This document shows positions 44,021 through 54,753 of a stretch of 64,000 nucleotides of DNA, piece after piece. Origin of the DNA: an uncultured Planctomycetota bacterium (GTDB lineage: Bacteria; Planctomycetota; Planctomycetia; Isosphaerales; Isosphaeraceae). The stretch spans positions 2,080,001 to 2,144,000 of the forward strand of contig CAWGMQ010000010.1 of NCBI GenBank assembly GCA_963823665.1, given 5' to 3'. Both the position numbers and the translations under genes were made by a program. The notes beneath the pieces were generated by a model. It was not told the DNA's origin. It was given only the letters and a program-made list of their open reading frames with translations, and did not search any database. How positions within the stretch are numbered: position 1 is the first letter of the stretch; each line of letters starts with the position of its first letter.

Positions 44021-44670
44021 GTTGAATGGACGTGTTTGCACGGTTTTATCTGGCCGATTCGGGCTCGGTAGAGGACGCAGTGTGGCGGCTCTCGCCGCGC
44101 GGTTGGATAGCCTCTTGTCCGTTTCAATTCTGGGCCGTCTTCCGCTTGATTTACCCTCTCGACCCAATCCGGAGGCATCTCCACCGGCCAACGCGCTAGT
44201 AACGACTGTTCCTCCGGCGTTCCCTGACACCGTCGCCACAAACTCGACCACCGCCACTCTTCCGCTCGCAGAACAAAATTCGCGCGCAACGCATTGCGCT
44301 CAACGTACCGCGCGACAACCCAGAAATGTCCATCAGTCTCCACAGGGAACGACTTGTACCGGCCCTGGTACACGTGGCCCAGACCCGCATAGCCGCGATT
44401 CTGTTGCCATCGCCGCACGTGCGTGGCTCTCAGGCGTTGCATGAACGCCGCCAACTCTCCGTCATTTTCCGGCCAAACAAGCAGATGCCAGTGGTTCGGC
44501 ATCAGGGCGTACGCACATATCCGCGTCGCTGATTCATCGACGGTTTCCCGCAGGATAAGCTCGAACGCTTGGTAAACCGTCGCCTTCTCGGACAATTGCA
44601 TGCGGGCCACGCCACGATTCAGAACGTGATAGACCAACCCACCCGGAGCGACTCGCGCTGCTCGCGGCAT
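44021..44670 (-). mobile_element. Second RAYT-family Y1 transposase with a degenerate 3' end
   Basis: MPRAARVAPGGLVYHVLNRG, LMPNHWHLL, QGRYKS, RYVERNA, WRWSS. Confidence 0.9.
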
Positions 44671-44975
44671 GATTCCATCGTGGACCAACTCCCCCAATTT
44701 GTCAATATGGGACCTGTCCCCGTTTCCCCTGTCCCCGTTTCCCCCGTCGGTGATTCATCGACGGTTTCCCGCAGGATAAGCTCGAACGCTTGGTAATCCG
44801 TCGCCTTCTCGAACAATTGCATGCGGGCCACGCCACGATTCAGAACATGATAGACCAACCCACCCGGAGCCACTCGCGCTGTTCGCGGCATGATTCCATC
44901 GTGGACCAACTCCCCCAATTTGTCAATATGGGACCTGTCCCCGTTTCCCCTATGGGACCTGTCCCCGTTTCCCCC
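44531..44975. repeat. ~200 bp tandem duplication of the RAYT-2 5' end, with amplified REP ATGGGACCTGTCCCCGTTTCCC (44707, 44928, 44952, partial at ~44728)
   Basis: 44531-44730 matches 44752-44951 with a few substitutions. Confidence 0.9.
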
Positions 44976-45029
44976 CGGCCCCTTCTTATCTGCGTCGTTC
45001 AGCGTCCTCTGCGGACGACTCTTCTCCAT

Positions 45030-45420
45030 CTACATGACGATGATCGGCCGCTCGTGCTCAATTGCCACCGCACAAAGTTCCAGCAGGCATTCAAACAGGT
45101 TCGCGCCGTTCGCGTCTCGGAAGCAATCGTAAAGCGACTCGGCGGTTCCGCCTTCCTTGGAGGTGCCGTTGAGGCCTTCTCCGTTCCTTGCAGGTGGCAA
45201 CTCGCGAAACGCGGCTGCGATCTCTTGAAGCTGCCGCCCGAACGGCCCGACGTCGTTCGGTGACCATTCCAATGTGGTCGTGCAGCCGCTTGCGTGGTGG
45301 AAGCGTTCTTGAGCGCACTTGCAAAGCGACCCGGCTACCGTGCGCGCTTCCGCGACGCGTTGAAAAGCGCCCTTCATCCGTTCCGATGGCAGCTCCCGAA
45401 ATGCGGCCGCGATCTCGCTT
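45030..45420 (-). pseudogene. Degenerate tandem fragments of an unknown gene (EIAAAFRELP..SLYDCF..NLFECLLELC); further 3' fragments at ~42086-42215 and ~41485-41550
   Basis: EIAAAFRELP is encoded twice within 45030-45420. DNA at 45040-45145 matches 42097-42200. Confidence 0.55.
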
Positions 45421-45561
45421 CCGGCTGCTGGCCCGGCTCTGCCGGACGGGATTGGTTACCCGCAGGGTTCCAGTAAAAGGTTTCACATCGGAATGATCCT
45501 CCTTTCCGAGCTTCTGGGTGCAATGTCTGTCTTCCCCTCTGTCTTCCACCGCTTGCCCGGA

Positions 45562-46074
45562 TCACTCCAAGCCTAGAGACTTCGCTGCTTCCCGCATCTC
45601 CATCGTCACCGGGTCTTGCGCGAAGGGAAACCAGATCTGATCCGCAGCGTCTTCAAACTGTCGCCTTACGTCGGAATACCGCTGGGCAGCAGCCTTGGCT
45701 TGATCTGCAGCCTCGAGATAAATTCGCCGGTCTCTCAGTTCGATGGTGTAGAAGCGGCTCCGAAGGGAAGATCGCCGCAGCCTGGCAGGATCTCTCTGCA
45801 CCGTCGGGGAACGCTTGCCCTCGGTACGCTCCGCAGCCATTTGCGCTGATAGATGCTCGAGAGACTGTGCTACGCGGTCGGCCGTCGCCCGGTAGAACGA
45901 CTCGTTTGCGATCTCAAGCTTCTCGAGCGTAGCCAATTGCGAGGCTCGTTTTCGACAGGATGATTGCACTTGCTTGAACCTGAAGGCATCGACGAGCGTT
46001 CCGAACGCGACGGCGATCAGGGCCACCGCCGTCATGAGCTGGAGCACCGTAAGCCTCAAGCGTGCTGACCGCAT
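45562..46074 (-). CDS. Membrane-anchored helical protein downstream of RHS1
   Basis: RLRLTVLQLMTAVALIAVAFG anchor (RFSLR-like), a helical body, and a WFPFAQDP end. Confidence 0.75.
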   Translation of the reverse strand: MRSARLRLTVLQLMTAVALIAVAFGTLVDAFRFKQVQSSCRKRASQLATLEKLEIANESFYRATADRVAQSLEHLSAQMAAERTEGKRSPTVQRDPARLRRSSLRSRFYTIELRDRRIYLEAADQAKAAAQRYSDVRRQFEDAADQIWFPFAQDPVTMEMREAAKSLGLE

Positions 46075-46718
46075 GTGCCGCACTCACGAGAAGTTCGGCA
46101 AAATCGCGCGCGGCCCCTCGGCGCGAGCGTTCGGCCGTTGATGGAAGGTCGATTCCGCCCGGGAGAATGGGTTGGTCGGAAGGGTCCGACTCTGAAAAGA
46201 ATTAATGTAATATACCTCCGTCCTTCTGCGTAAGGACAAACCAGACCGAGGACCGCATTCAAGTGTCATCCACTCTCGAGCGGCGCCGTTTACGGAACCT
46301 CTCGGTAACTTCATGTCCCTGGGTATGCATCATTATTCTATGCGCGTTCGATCTCGGGAACAAATCAGCCCCGGAGACTTGGGGGCGCCAAGCTACGGCT
46401 TCTGTCGCTAGCCAATGCCGACAGCTAGCGTCGCACCCGACCGCCTTGGACCACGCATTGACAAACGCGGAGTATCTTTCCGGGTACAGGTCGCCTGCCT
46501 CGTCCGCTCACGGTTAATGTTCGTGCCTGAACTGGGCGCGTTTCCTCGCGGAGTACCGAGGCGGTCAACCCCCGGTAGCCTGGCTATCGATGCCCAGCGG
46601 CGACGCACGCCTCCCGGAGCACGTGTAGCCCGCGTGGGAAGTCTACGCTGGCCGTTGGGGGTGGTTCTCAAGCCCGGCCGCTGGTCGGCGGTCACGGCTG
46701 GGAGCGTCGACGTGGCCA

Positions 46719-49700
46719 CTAGATGGGCGGCGGAACAACCGGGCGCGGTGGGACTCCGTACTCTTGAATCACTTTGTCCAGGTCTTCCAAGATTTCAATA
46801 ATTGTCCGTGCAGAATCCTTCTTGTCCTGTACATCCTTTATTTCCGCAGCCAACCTGGCCAGCAGTTTCGGGTTTGTTGTTTCTTTGCTTTTTTGAACAA
46901 GCCAATTTAGGTCCTCGGTCATCTCCCCATTAACTGTGGTAATTGCATCGATTAAGTCAAGAATTAGCTGTTCTGTGACCTTGTTTGGTTCCCCTGGAAT
47001 CACCATGAGATCATCCATCTGCGGATCTGCCGGAACAACCATTTCGGGATCAGCGAGCAAGTTCGGTGGAGTCAGATTGAGGAGGGAGTTGCCCTCCGGA
47101 CCGAAGAGGTCCACGGGCAAGTCGGGAAGCTGTTCAGGCGCCGGCTGCTGGCTCGCGCTCGCAGTACTCGAGGGCGCGGCGACCACGGAACCGCCAAGGG
47201 CCAAGGCAGGTCCGACCGTGGTGCCTACGGTCACGCCTGCGCCAGATAATAGGACACTGGCAGGTCCGATCACATCTGGCGCGTTGCCCGAAACGTCCCT
47301 CTCGTCCGGCGGGTCGTTCCCAACGTAATTGAAGAGATTCGTTGTGCTGGACGTGAACAAGGCTGGGTCGAGACTTGTGAAGCGGCCAAGCTCCTCGTCG
47401 TAAGCCCTCGCCCGATCGTAATATCGTCCGGTTGTTGAATCATACTCCATCCCCGCAAACTTGAACCGATCCCCGTTGCTCGCGTTGGTCTCGGTCGTGA
47501 TGTTGCCGAAGCTGTCATACACCACGTGATCGAGCACCGAGCCAGCCGAACTCACCACGTCGCGAACCGAATCCAGCTTGTCGGTCAAGTACCACGCTGT
47601 CGTTCCCCCCGAGCTTGTTCGCGCGAGCAACTCGTCCACGACCGCGCCGTTGACCATCCCCGGGCCGGAGACGTAGCGCGTGAGCAGTGCGCCACCAGAG
47701 CCGTTGAAATCAGCGTAAGGGAAGGAATTCGCGCTCGTGCCGTTGTAAATAGTCCAGGTCGTCGAGCCGCCGGAATCCTGGATCCCGATCCGTTGGTCCA
47801 GAGCGTTATACGTGTACGTCGCAATCAGAGTCCCGCCCTGTTTCACTTCCGTCAAACGATTGCGATAATCGTACGTGTAGGTGGTGTACGTGCCACCGCT
47901 GTCCGCGCTTGTCATATTGCCCGCGCTATCATAGGTGTACGTGACCACGCCCGGCGAGGTCAGCGTCTCATTCATCACTGTCGTTGAGTACCCAGTCCCG
48001 GTTCTGCTCCCGTTGGCATCGTACGCGTAGGACTCGACCTGAGCTCCGCCCTTATATACGCTCGTGAGTTCATTGCCGTTGTCGTATGTATAAGTATATG
48101 TTCCCTCTGCATCCACCAAAGTTGTCACTCGGTTCGCATTGTCGTAGCTGTACACGTACGTAGCGAGCGCCGAGCCGCCCGAAACGTAATCCGTGATTGT
48201 CGTCTGCCTGTCAGCAGCGTCATAACCGTATGAGGTATTCACAGCGGTGCCACTGCCGCCGATCGTGCGCAATTGCGCAGAGATTTGGTTATTGGGCGCA
48301 TACGCCGTTACGATCTCCGGGCCGGACGTGCCGTTGTACGACGTCGTGATCGTGGTCAGCCGCTGGCCTGCGTCATACAAGTATGTCGTGATCCCAACAT
48401 TGCCCGAGACGTTGTCGGTTACGCTTGCCAGGTTGTTCTGCGGATTATACGTGGAGGTCAGCGTCACGCTCGGCTGGCCGGTTCCCGGGCCGGAAGTCGC
48501 CGAGGTGAGCTCATTGCCGCCCGAGTCATATGTAAACGTCAAGGTGGCATAGGCATCGTCGGCTCCGGTGAGCTCGATTATCGGCGTCGTACGTGTACGT
48601 AATTTTCTCGGCAGGCGATGCGCCAACCCAGGTTTCACCAGTCTGGTCCCCATCCGCATCGTAGGAATAGGTCGTGCGCCGGCCGTTCGCATCGGTCGTA
48701 TCCGTGAGCTCACCGTCATTGTCGTAGACGTAGGTCACCGTGGCGGAATTGGGCAAGGTCTCGGTCGTGACCCGATCGTCTGAATCGTAGGCCCACTGGG
48801 TTTTGTTGCCGTCCGGATCGGTCAAACTGATCTCCCGCCCGGCGGCGTCGTAGGCAATTACTGTCGTCCCGCCCGAGACGGGGCTGGTGATCGTCGTCGC
48901 CCTGTTCAGCGCGTCGTATTGAGTGGTCGTCGTATGGCTCAATCCGTCCGTCACCGTGATTTGATTGCCGCCCGAGTAGCCGTAGACGGTGGTGTCTCCC
49001 GAGATCGGAGTCGTGACCGTGGTCAGACGGTTCATCGAATCGTACGCATACGACGTTGTGTTATTATTGGCGTCGGTGACGGCGATCTGATTGCCAACCC
49101 CATCGAGCGTGATCGTCGTGGTATTCGAGTTGGCGTCAGTTTCTGCAATCAGCCGATCGTCCTTATCGTAAACGAACGAAACCACGGTGCCGCCACCGCT
49201 GCTCGCGGGATCCGATTCCGTCGATTCCCGTCCCGTGGCCGTGTACGAGTATGTTGTGGTGTTCCCCAGGGGGTCGGTCGAAGTGGCCACCCAGCCCCGA
49301 TTATCATACGTCGTGGTCGTGATCCGGTTCATTGCGTCATCAACCTGGATCACCTCCGAATCACCATCATAGGTCGTCGTGGTCCGGTTGCCGTTCAGCG
49401 GATCGATCACCACCGTTGGCCGGTCGAGCGCGTCGAAGACCGTGGTCGTGACGCGCCCCATCGGGTCTTTCACCGTCACCTGGTTGCCGTCCGAATCGTA
49501 TCCGTAGATAGTCTGCAAGTCCAATGGATCGGTCACGGTGGTGAGCCGGTTCATCGAATCATAGGCATAGGTGGTGGTGCGCGCCGTCCCGCCGCTCGGC
49601 GTCGGCTCCTGGTCCTTGGTCAGATTGCCTCCCGAATCGTAGGTCAGCGTCGTGATGTCGTTCAGCGCGTCGGTCGAGCCAGTCTCTCTATTCATCGCAT

Positions 49701-52617
49701 CGAACGAGTAGGTGGTCGCATTCCCCGCGCTATCGACTGACTTGATCACATTGCCTTGTGAATTAAAGGATTGGAGGTTTGTTGTCCCGTCAGGCAGTTG
49801 CACCGTCGTCAAGCGGTCCTGGCTATCGTATAGATAGGTCGTGGTATGATTATTCGCGTCAGTAAATGTGCTGAGCTGGCCGGTCGATGTGTAGGTCATC
49901 GTGGTCAGGTTCGTCAGCGCATCCTCGACGACGGTGAGGTTCCCGGAGCTGTACGTGTAGCTCGTCGTGTTCCCATCAGCGTTGGTGAACGTGAGCGGCT
50001 CGGCATCGCTGTTGTAGGTGTAGTTTTCCTCGTTTGTATCTTCGTAGATAATGCTGACCACGTTGCCCTTGGAGTCATAGCCAAACTGCGTATTCCGATT
50101 AACCTGGTCCACGGTCACGGTCGCCAGGCCGTTGGAATTCCTGTCGAAGAGCTGATCGTTGCCCAGGGGATCGATGATGTTGCCGGGCAACCCCATGCCC
50201 ATCCAGTCGGGCTGAATGGTCGTCGTGTTGCTATTCGGGCTCGTGTACGTGCTGCCCGCCACGGCGAGCAGTGTACTCGGAGCCGGGCTGCCCGACGTGC
50301 CGCTGTTCGTCCAGCCTGCCTCCTGGTCGTTGGTAAAGTCCTCGGTTGTGCTATCTGGCCGGTTCACCGAGCTTACACGCCCACCAGAATCGTAGTTTAT
50401 GGTGGCGGTGTGCGAAAGCGGGTCGGTTATCTGAGTCAGTTTTCCACCCGACGCGTAGCTATAGCCCCAGGTGCTGGCGTCTGGCAATTCCGCCTGGGTC
50501 AGGTTTCCACCAGAATGAGTGAGCGTGGTGAAGCGCGAGGCTGGGTCTTCGATGCTCTGGAGATAGCCACCGCTGTACGTGAAGGTTGTGAACTTGCCGA
50601 GGTAATCTTCGATCGTGGTCAGGTTGCCGCCGCTGTAGGAGAACGTGGTGTGATTTCCGTTCAAGTCGATGATGGCCGTCTCCGAGCCGCCGGAATTGAA
50701 CTTGATTTGCGTGCCATCGGTCAGGGTGCGAGTCCATCCACCCCCCGAATTGCTGACCAGCGTCGAGAACTCACCGGCGGGGTCGGTATAAGTGCCGCCG
50801 CCGCTGCCGCCGGTGGCAAACCACAGCGAGCGGCCGTTGTCGCCCAGATCAAGAATCACACCGCCTGTTGCAGACGTGATCTGCTCCAAACCCTGCAACG
50901 TCCAGCCAGCGCCAAATTCGTTGCTCGAGTAGTTGAGCAGATTCGTCTCGCCACTGTATGTCAAAGTCGCCACCCCCGACCCGATATCCACCACCTGCGC
51001 CGAGTAGGTGTACCGGCCGGTGCTCAGCGAGGTCGCATTGGTCGCCTGGAGGTTGATCTGCTGCACGTCTCCCGTGTTCAGCGTACTCGTACTGGTGGAG
51101 GTGTTGTAGTAATAGGTCGTGAGCGGCGTGCTGCCGTTGAAGGTGAGCTGGGCGCTCACCTGGCTCGGCACCGTGGCAGGAATCGTGTTCTCGACCGTCA
51201 CGATGGGCTCCGGTTGCGCCGTCAGCGAATCATACGTCAATGCGAGTGCGGGCACATTCGGGTTGTAGCTCGGCAGGTCAATCTCGGTGTCGAGCGACCC
51301 ACTGTTCGCATCGACCGACGCGTTGTCACTTGGAAATGAGGGCGAAGACAGAAGCTGCTGGCTCGGCGCCAGCGAGGTCGCCCAGGAGGCATTCGTGCCG
51401 CCGCCCGATGGGCCGCTAACCGGCCCTCCCGGCGGCATCCAAAAATCGTACGTGTACGTCAGGGTTTGTAAGGAAGTATCCGTCACCGAAAGAGTCACCG
51501 AGGTGGAATGACCGTACCCAGCCTCGTTGGTGTTGTCCCACCGGAAGTTGAGCTGGTCGGTGCTGGTGCCGGAGATGGAAGTTGCTGGCAAGCCACTTGT
51601 GTTCCAACTGTACGTCGATACAGTAGCGCCAGAAACCTGCGCGATCAAATCCACCCAGCCGTCGAGCGTGGCGAGCTGTTCGACACCCGGCTGCAACACG
51701 ACGCCGGATTGATTATCCAGCACATAAAGCCCAAAGGGAGCCGAAACGCCCGGTGTGAAGCCGGCGTAGTTGCCGGTCACCGGGTCCGGTGTCGAACCTG
51801 GAGGCGGAGTGCTCCCACCCGATGGAGTCGAACCCGGGTCGGTAGCCGGGCTGAGCGTGACGCCACCGCCGCCGCCCTGGTTGCTCTCGCCGGAAGCAGC
51901 GCCGGCTCCGGCGTGGACGAGCGAGATCTTCGCAACCGGCGGAGCGCCGCCCGTGCCGGGTGATGCGATCTGAGTGCCGGCGCCGCTGGCGCCCGCAACA
52001 GCCGCCAACAATGCGGCCGAAGCGCCACCACCGGCGCTCGCGGCCGGAGTGGATGCAGGTAATCGCAACGGCGTGATGGCACCGCGCGCGGCGTTCTGCG
52101 TTCCGCGCGATGCGCTCGCTCCACCGCGCGGTGCCTGCGCCGGCCCGCCACCTGGTCCCTTGGCTGCATGCCACGGCTTCGAGATTCCCTGGTCGACCGC
52201 CGGCTTGGCGCTCAATGTGAGCCAATTGTTCGAAGCTTCACTGCTGGAGCGGCGCCCGACCGCGCCGGACGCTTCAGCCGCAGAGGAACCACCCGTCCCC
52301 GCGATCTGACCAATAGCGAGCGCGTCAATCGACCTCAGCAGCTTGGCTGGAAGTGCGTACGGCTTCCTGCTGGATCCGCCCGCCTTCTTTACCGCGTCCT
52401 TGGCTGCCGTAAGCATGTTGAGTGCGCGATTCGCGCCATCGGGATACATGAACCCAAGCGCGATCAAGTTGCGGAGGGCGTTCGTCGCCACCCCCACAAG
52501 GCTGATGGGTTCGGTGATCTGCGTCCTCGACTCAAGCCGGTCCAGGCGATCCACATTCCGGCGAAGCATCCGGCGGCGGCGTTCGGTATATCCGATGTGC
52601 AGGCGGAAGAGACCCAT
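46719..52617 (-). CDS. RHS/YD-repeat protein RHS1 (~1,965 aa) with an LESR-type N-terminal motif; one frameshift near 48576
   Basis: ORFs 48526..52647 and 46719..48719 join at YDADN|ELTGA. YD repeats; core YDSFG..FAGMEYD..RAYD..GRFTSLDP..YVGNDP..DVSG; GGGAG RBS. Confidence 0.93.
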
Positions 52618-53408
52618 GGCGCACTCCCTGAAATAGTGCGGAGACATTGCCCCGCGCCGTCCTTCCCGCTGTTGGGGCTGGTTCGGGACGTATGAGGATG
52701 CGATGCGAACGACCGATAGAAGCGATCAGGTACGAGGGCAAAACACGTGCGTAGAGGCAAGCCGTCACACGTCGTGACACCGGCCGCCCGAGTGAATTCT
52801 CGAACGGGAAGCTGATCGGCGAACGTATGTGCTGCCTTCAGCGGCGTGCCGATCTAGAAAAATGTGGGCTCTCTATATTATATACGGACATGAGAAATGC
52901 CGAGTGTTTCATGATTCCGGAAAACTTTTTCATTTTGACGTAAAGTTTCGTTAAAAGGGCCCCAGCGAATTGCCGCGGAGGAACGCTCGGAGCTCCGGAA
53001 CGACTCGGTGCAAAAAGTCCCGCACGCAGCCCGGCCTCACGCCTAGCTCGCGCGCAATCGCCGCCGAAGTCTTGAGCTCGATGAATCGATCCGTGGCGTT
53101 GCTTGTGTGCCTGCGCAGAATGGGCGGTGCGCACAACGGCCGAGGCAGATGAGATCGTCTTAATTCATCACGTGTTTAACAAGGCCCCCGCGTCCCTGCG
53201 AAACCAAGCCGCTCGCAGGGAGTGAGCATTCCCTACTCCATTGACCCCGAGTGAGGAAACGCTCGCGAAAGCACCTACCCCATGCCTAAAAGAGCAGAGA
53301 ACGGTATTGAAGCGATTTCTCGCAGTGAAATCAATAGGACAGAAAAAGAATTCCGCAAGATGAAAACGCCAAGCGGCGGCGAGCCGGAGAAAGCTCTTCA
53401 ACCGGGTT

Positions 53409-54699
53409 GGGGGAAGCGAGACACCCACCCTCTGTGAGGGGGAAGCGGGAAGCGAGACACCCACCCTCTTGAGCGGGTTCCTTGTGAAGCCAGGCTCGCG
53501 TGACTCTCATCGTTTCGCACCCCGCGATTGCTCGGTTCCCTGCGGCATTGCGGCAGACAAAGCGTGCAGCACGTACTTTACCACGCTCGGCCAGCGAGCG
53601 TATGCGCTTGCGTAAATCGCCAGCGCTCCCACGCGTCGGTTGCTGCGAACCGCTCGATATCGACGGCGTTGCTTCGTCGCTCGCCGCGCGGTCGAACGGA
53701 ACGACGTTCACCCGCCTCGAATCCAATCGAATTCCGCGTCTGCCGCTACGACTAGGGCTCGCGAGCGATCAGGCCGCTTACTTACAGAAACGCGACCTGC
53801 GCAGCCACCTTACCCTGAAACCAGCGTCGTGAGCAACGCGGCGCAGTGCGCACAAGCGAATTCGCTCGACCTGCCGGTTGTTTGATCATGCGACCGAAAT
53901 CGCGCACTGTGTGCACCCAATTCGATCGGTCCAAACCCCGCCGGTCCAGTACGGGAGCCAGGTCTTCAGGAATTGCCCCACGTTTGTCCCGCCTCCCGTC
54001 CCGTCCAATCGAATCGTTACGGTGCGGAAAGCGCATGCGCCAGCGCACGCGCGACTTCAGCGTCGGACCACTGCTCGACACTGTCCGGTCGATTGCGGAG
54101 CACAAGATGCAGATGGTTGCTCATAATGGCGTAACTACACACATCAATTCCGAAGAGCCCGGCGAGGTGGCGCAGCCGATCGAGAATCCAGGCCTTACGG
54201 TGAGAGTAATCACGACCGGAGTACGAGTCGGTGCCGCAAAGGAAGGCTCTGCGGACGCACCGAGCGATGCAGTGATAAACGCCGACGAACGCCTCTTGGA
54301 AAATGTGGCGGTGGGCAGAGGCAGGCACGTAAGGCTCCATCACCAGGCAGGTGCAGCACATTAGCGAATGTATTCACCAGAACAGTCATGGACAAAAACA
54401 CAAAAAGTGGTACGGGTGTCAAGCGCGTAGAGAAAAAATCGACCGCGAGGACAGCATCCTCGGAGCTAACCAAGAGTTGCGCGGGTCACTACTGCAACTG
54501 CTCCGGGTCGACCCCCGGTGGCGGCATTTGGACCGGCACGCCAAGCTTCCCATGAGATCAATTCATGGGTGTCTGCCATCCCGGGACGACCCCCGGTGGC
54601 GGCATCTGGACCGGCATGCCCGCTTCGCATGAGATCAATCGATGGGTGTCTGCCATCCCCTGCCTTCCCCGAAGCAAACGGTGGATGTCTGCCTTCCCC
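53409..54699 (-). mobile_element. RAYT element copy D, internally deleted (catalytic Tyr region missing), with duplicated termini
   Basis: HCIARCVRRAFLCG..NHLH is fused near 54010 to DWTG..DKRGAIPEDLAP. Right REP at 53409 and 53447; left end ends at 54582 and 54660; extra REP at 54680. Confidence 0.88.
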
Positions 54700-54753
54700 A
54701 GCAAAAGCTGACGTGCACCCCTCCCCGTTTGACGAAGAGCCGACGAAAAAAGG

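Noticed and set aside
46408..46719. 103-aa ORF abutting the RHS1 stop codon as a candidate immunity gene
   Set aside because: Arg/Pro-rich low-complexity translation with no convincing RBS or globular character; not supportable, though not excluded.
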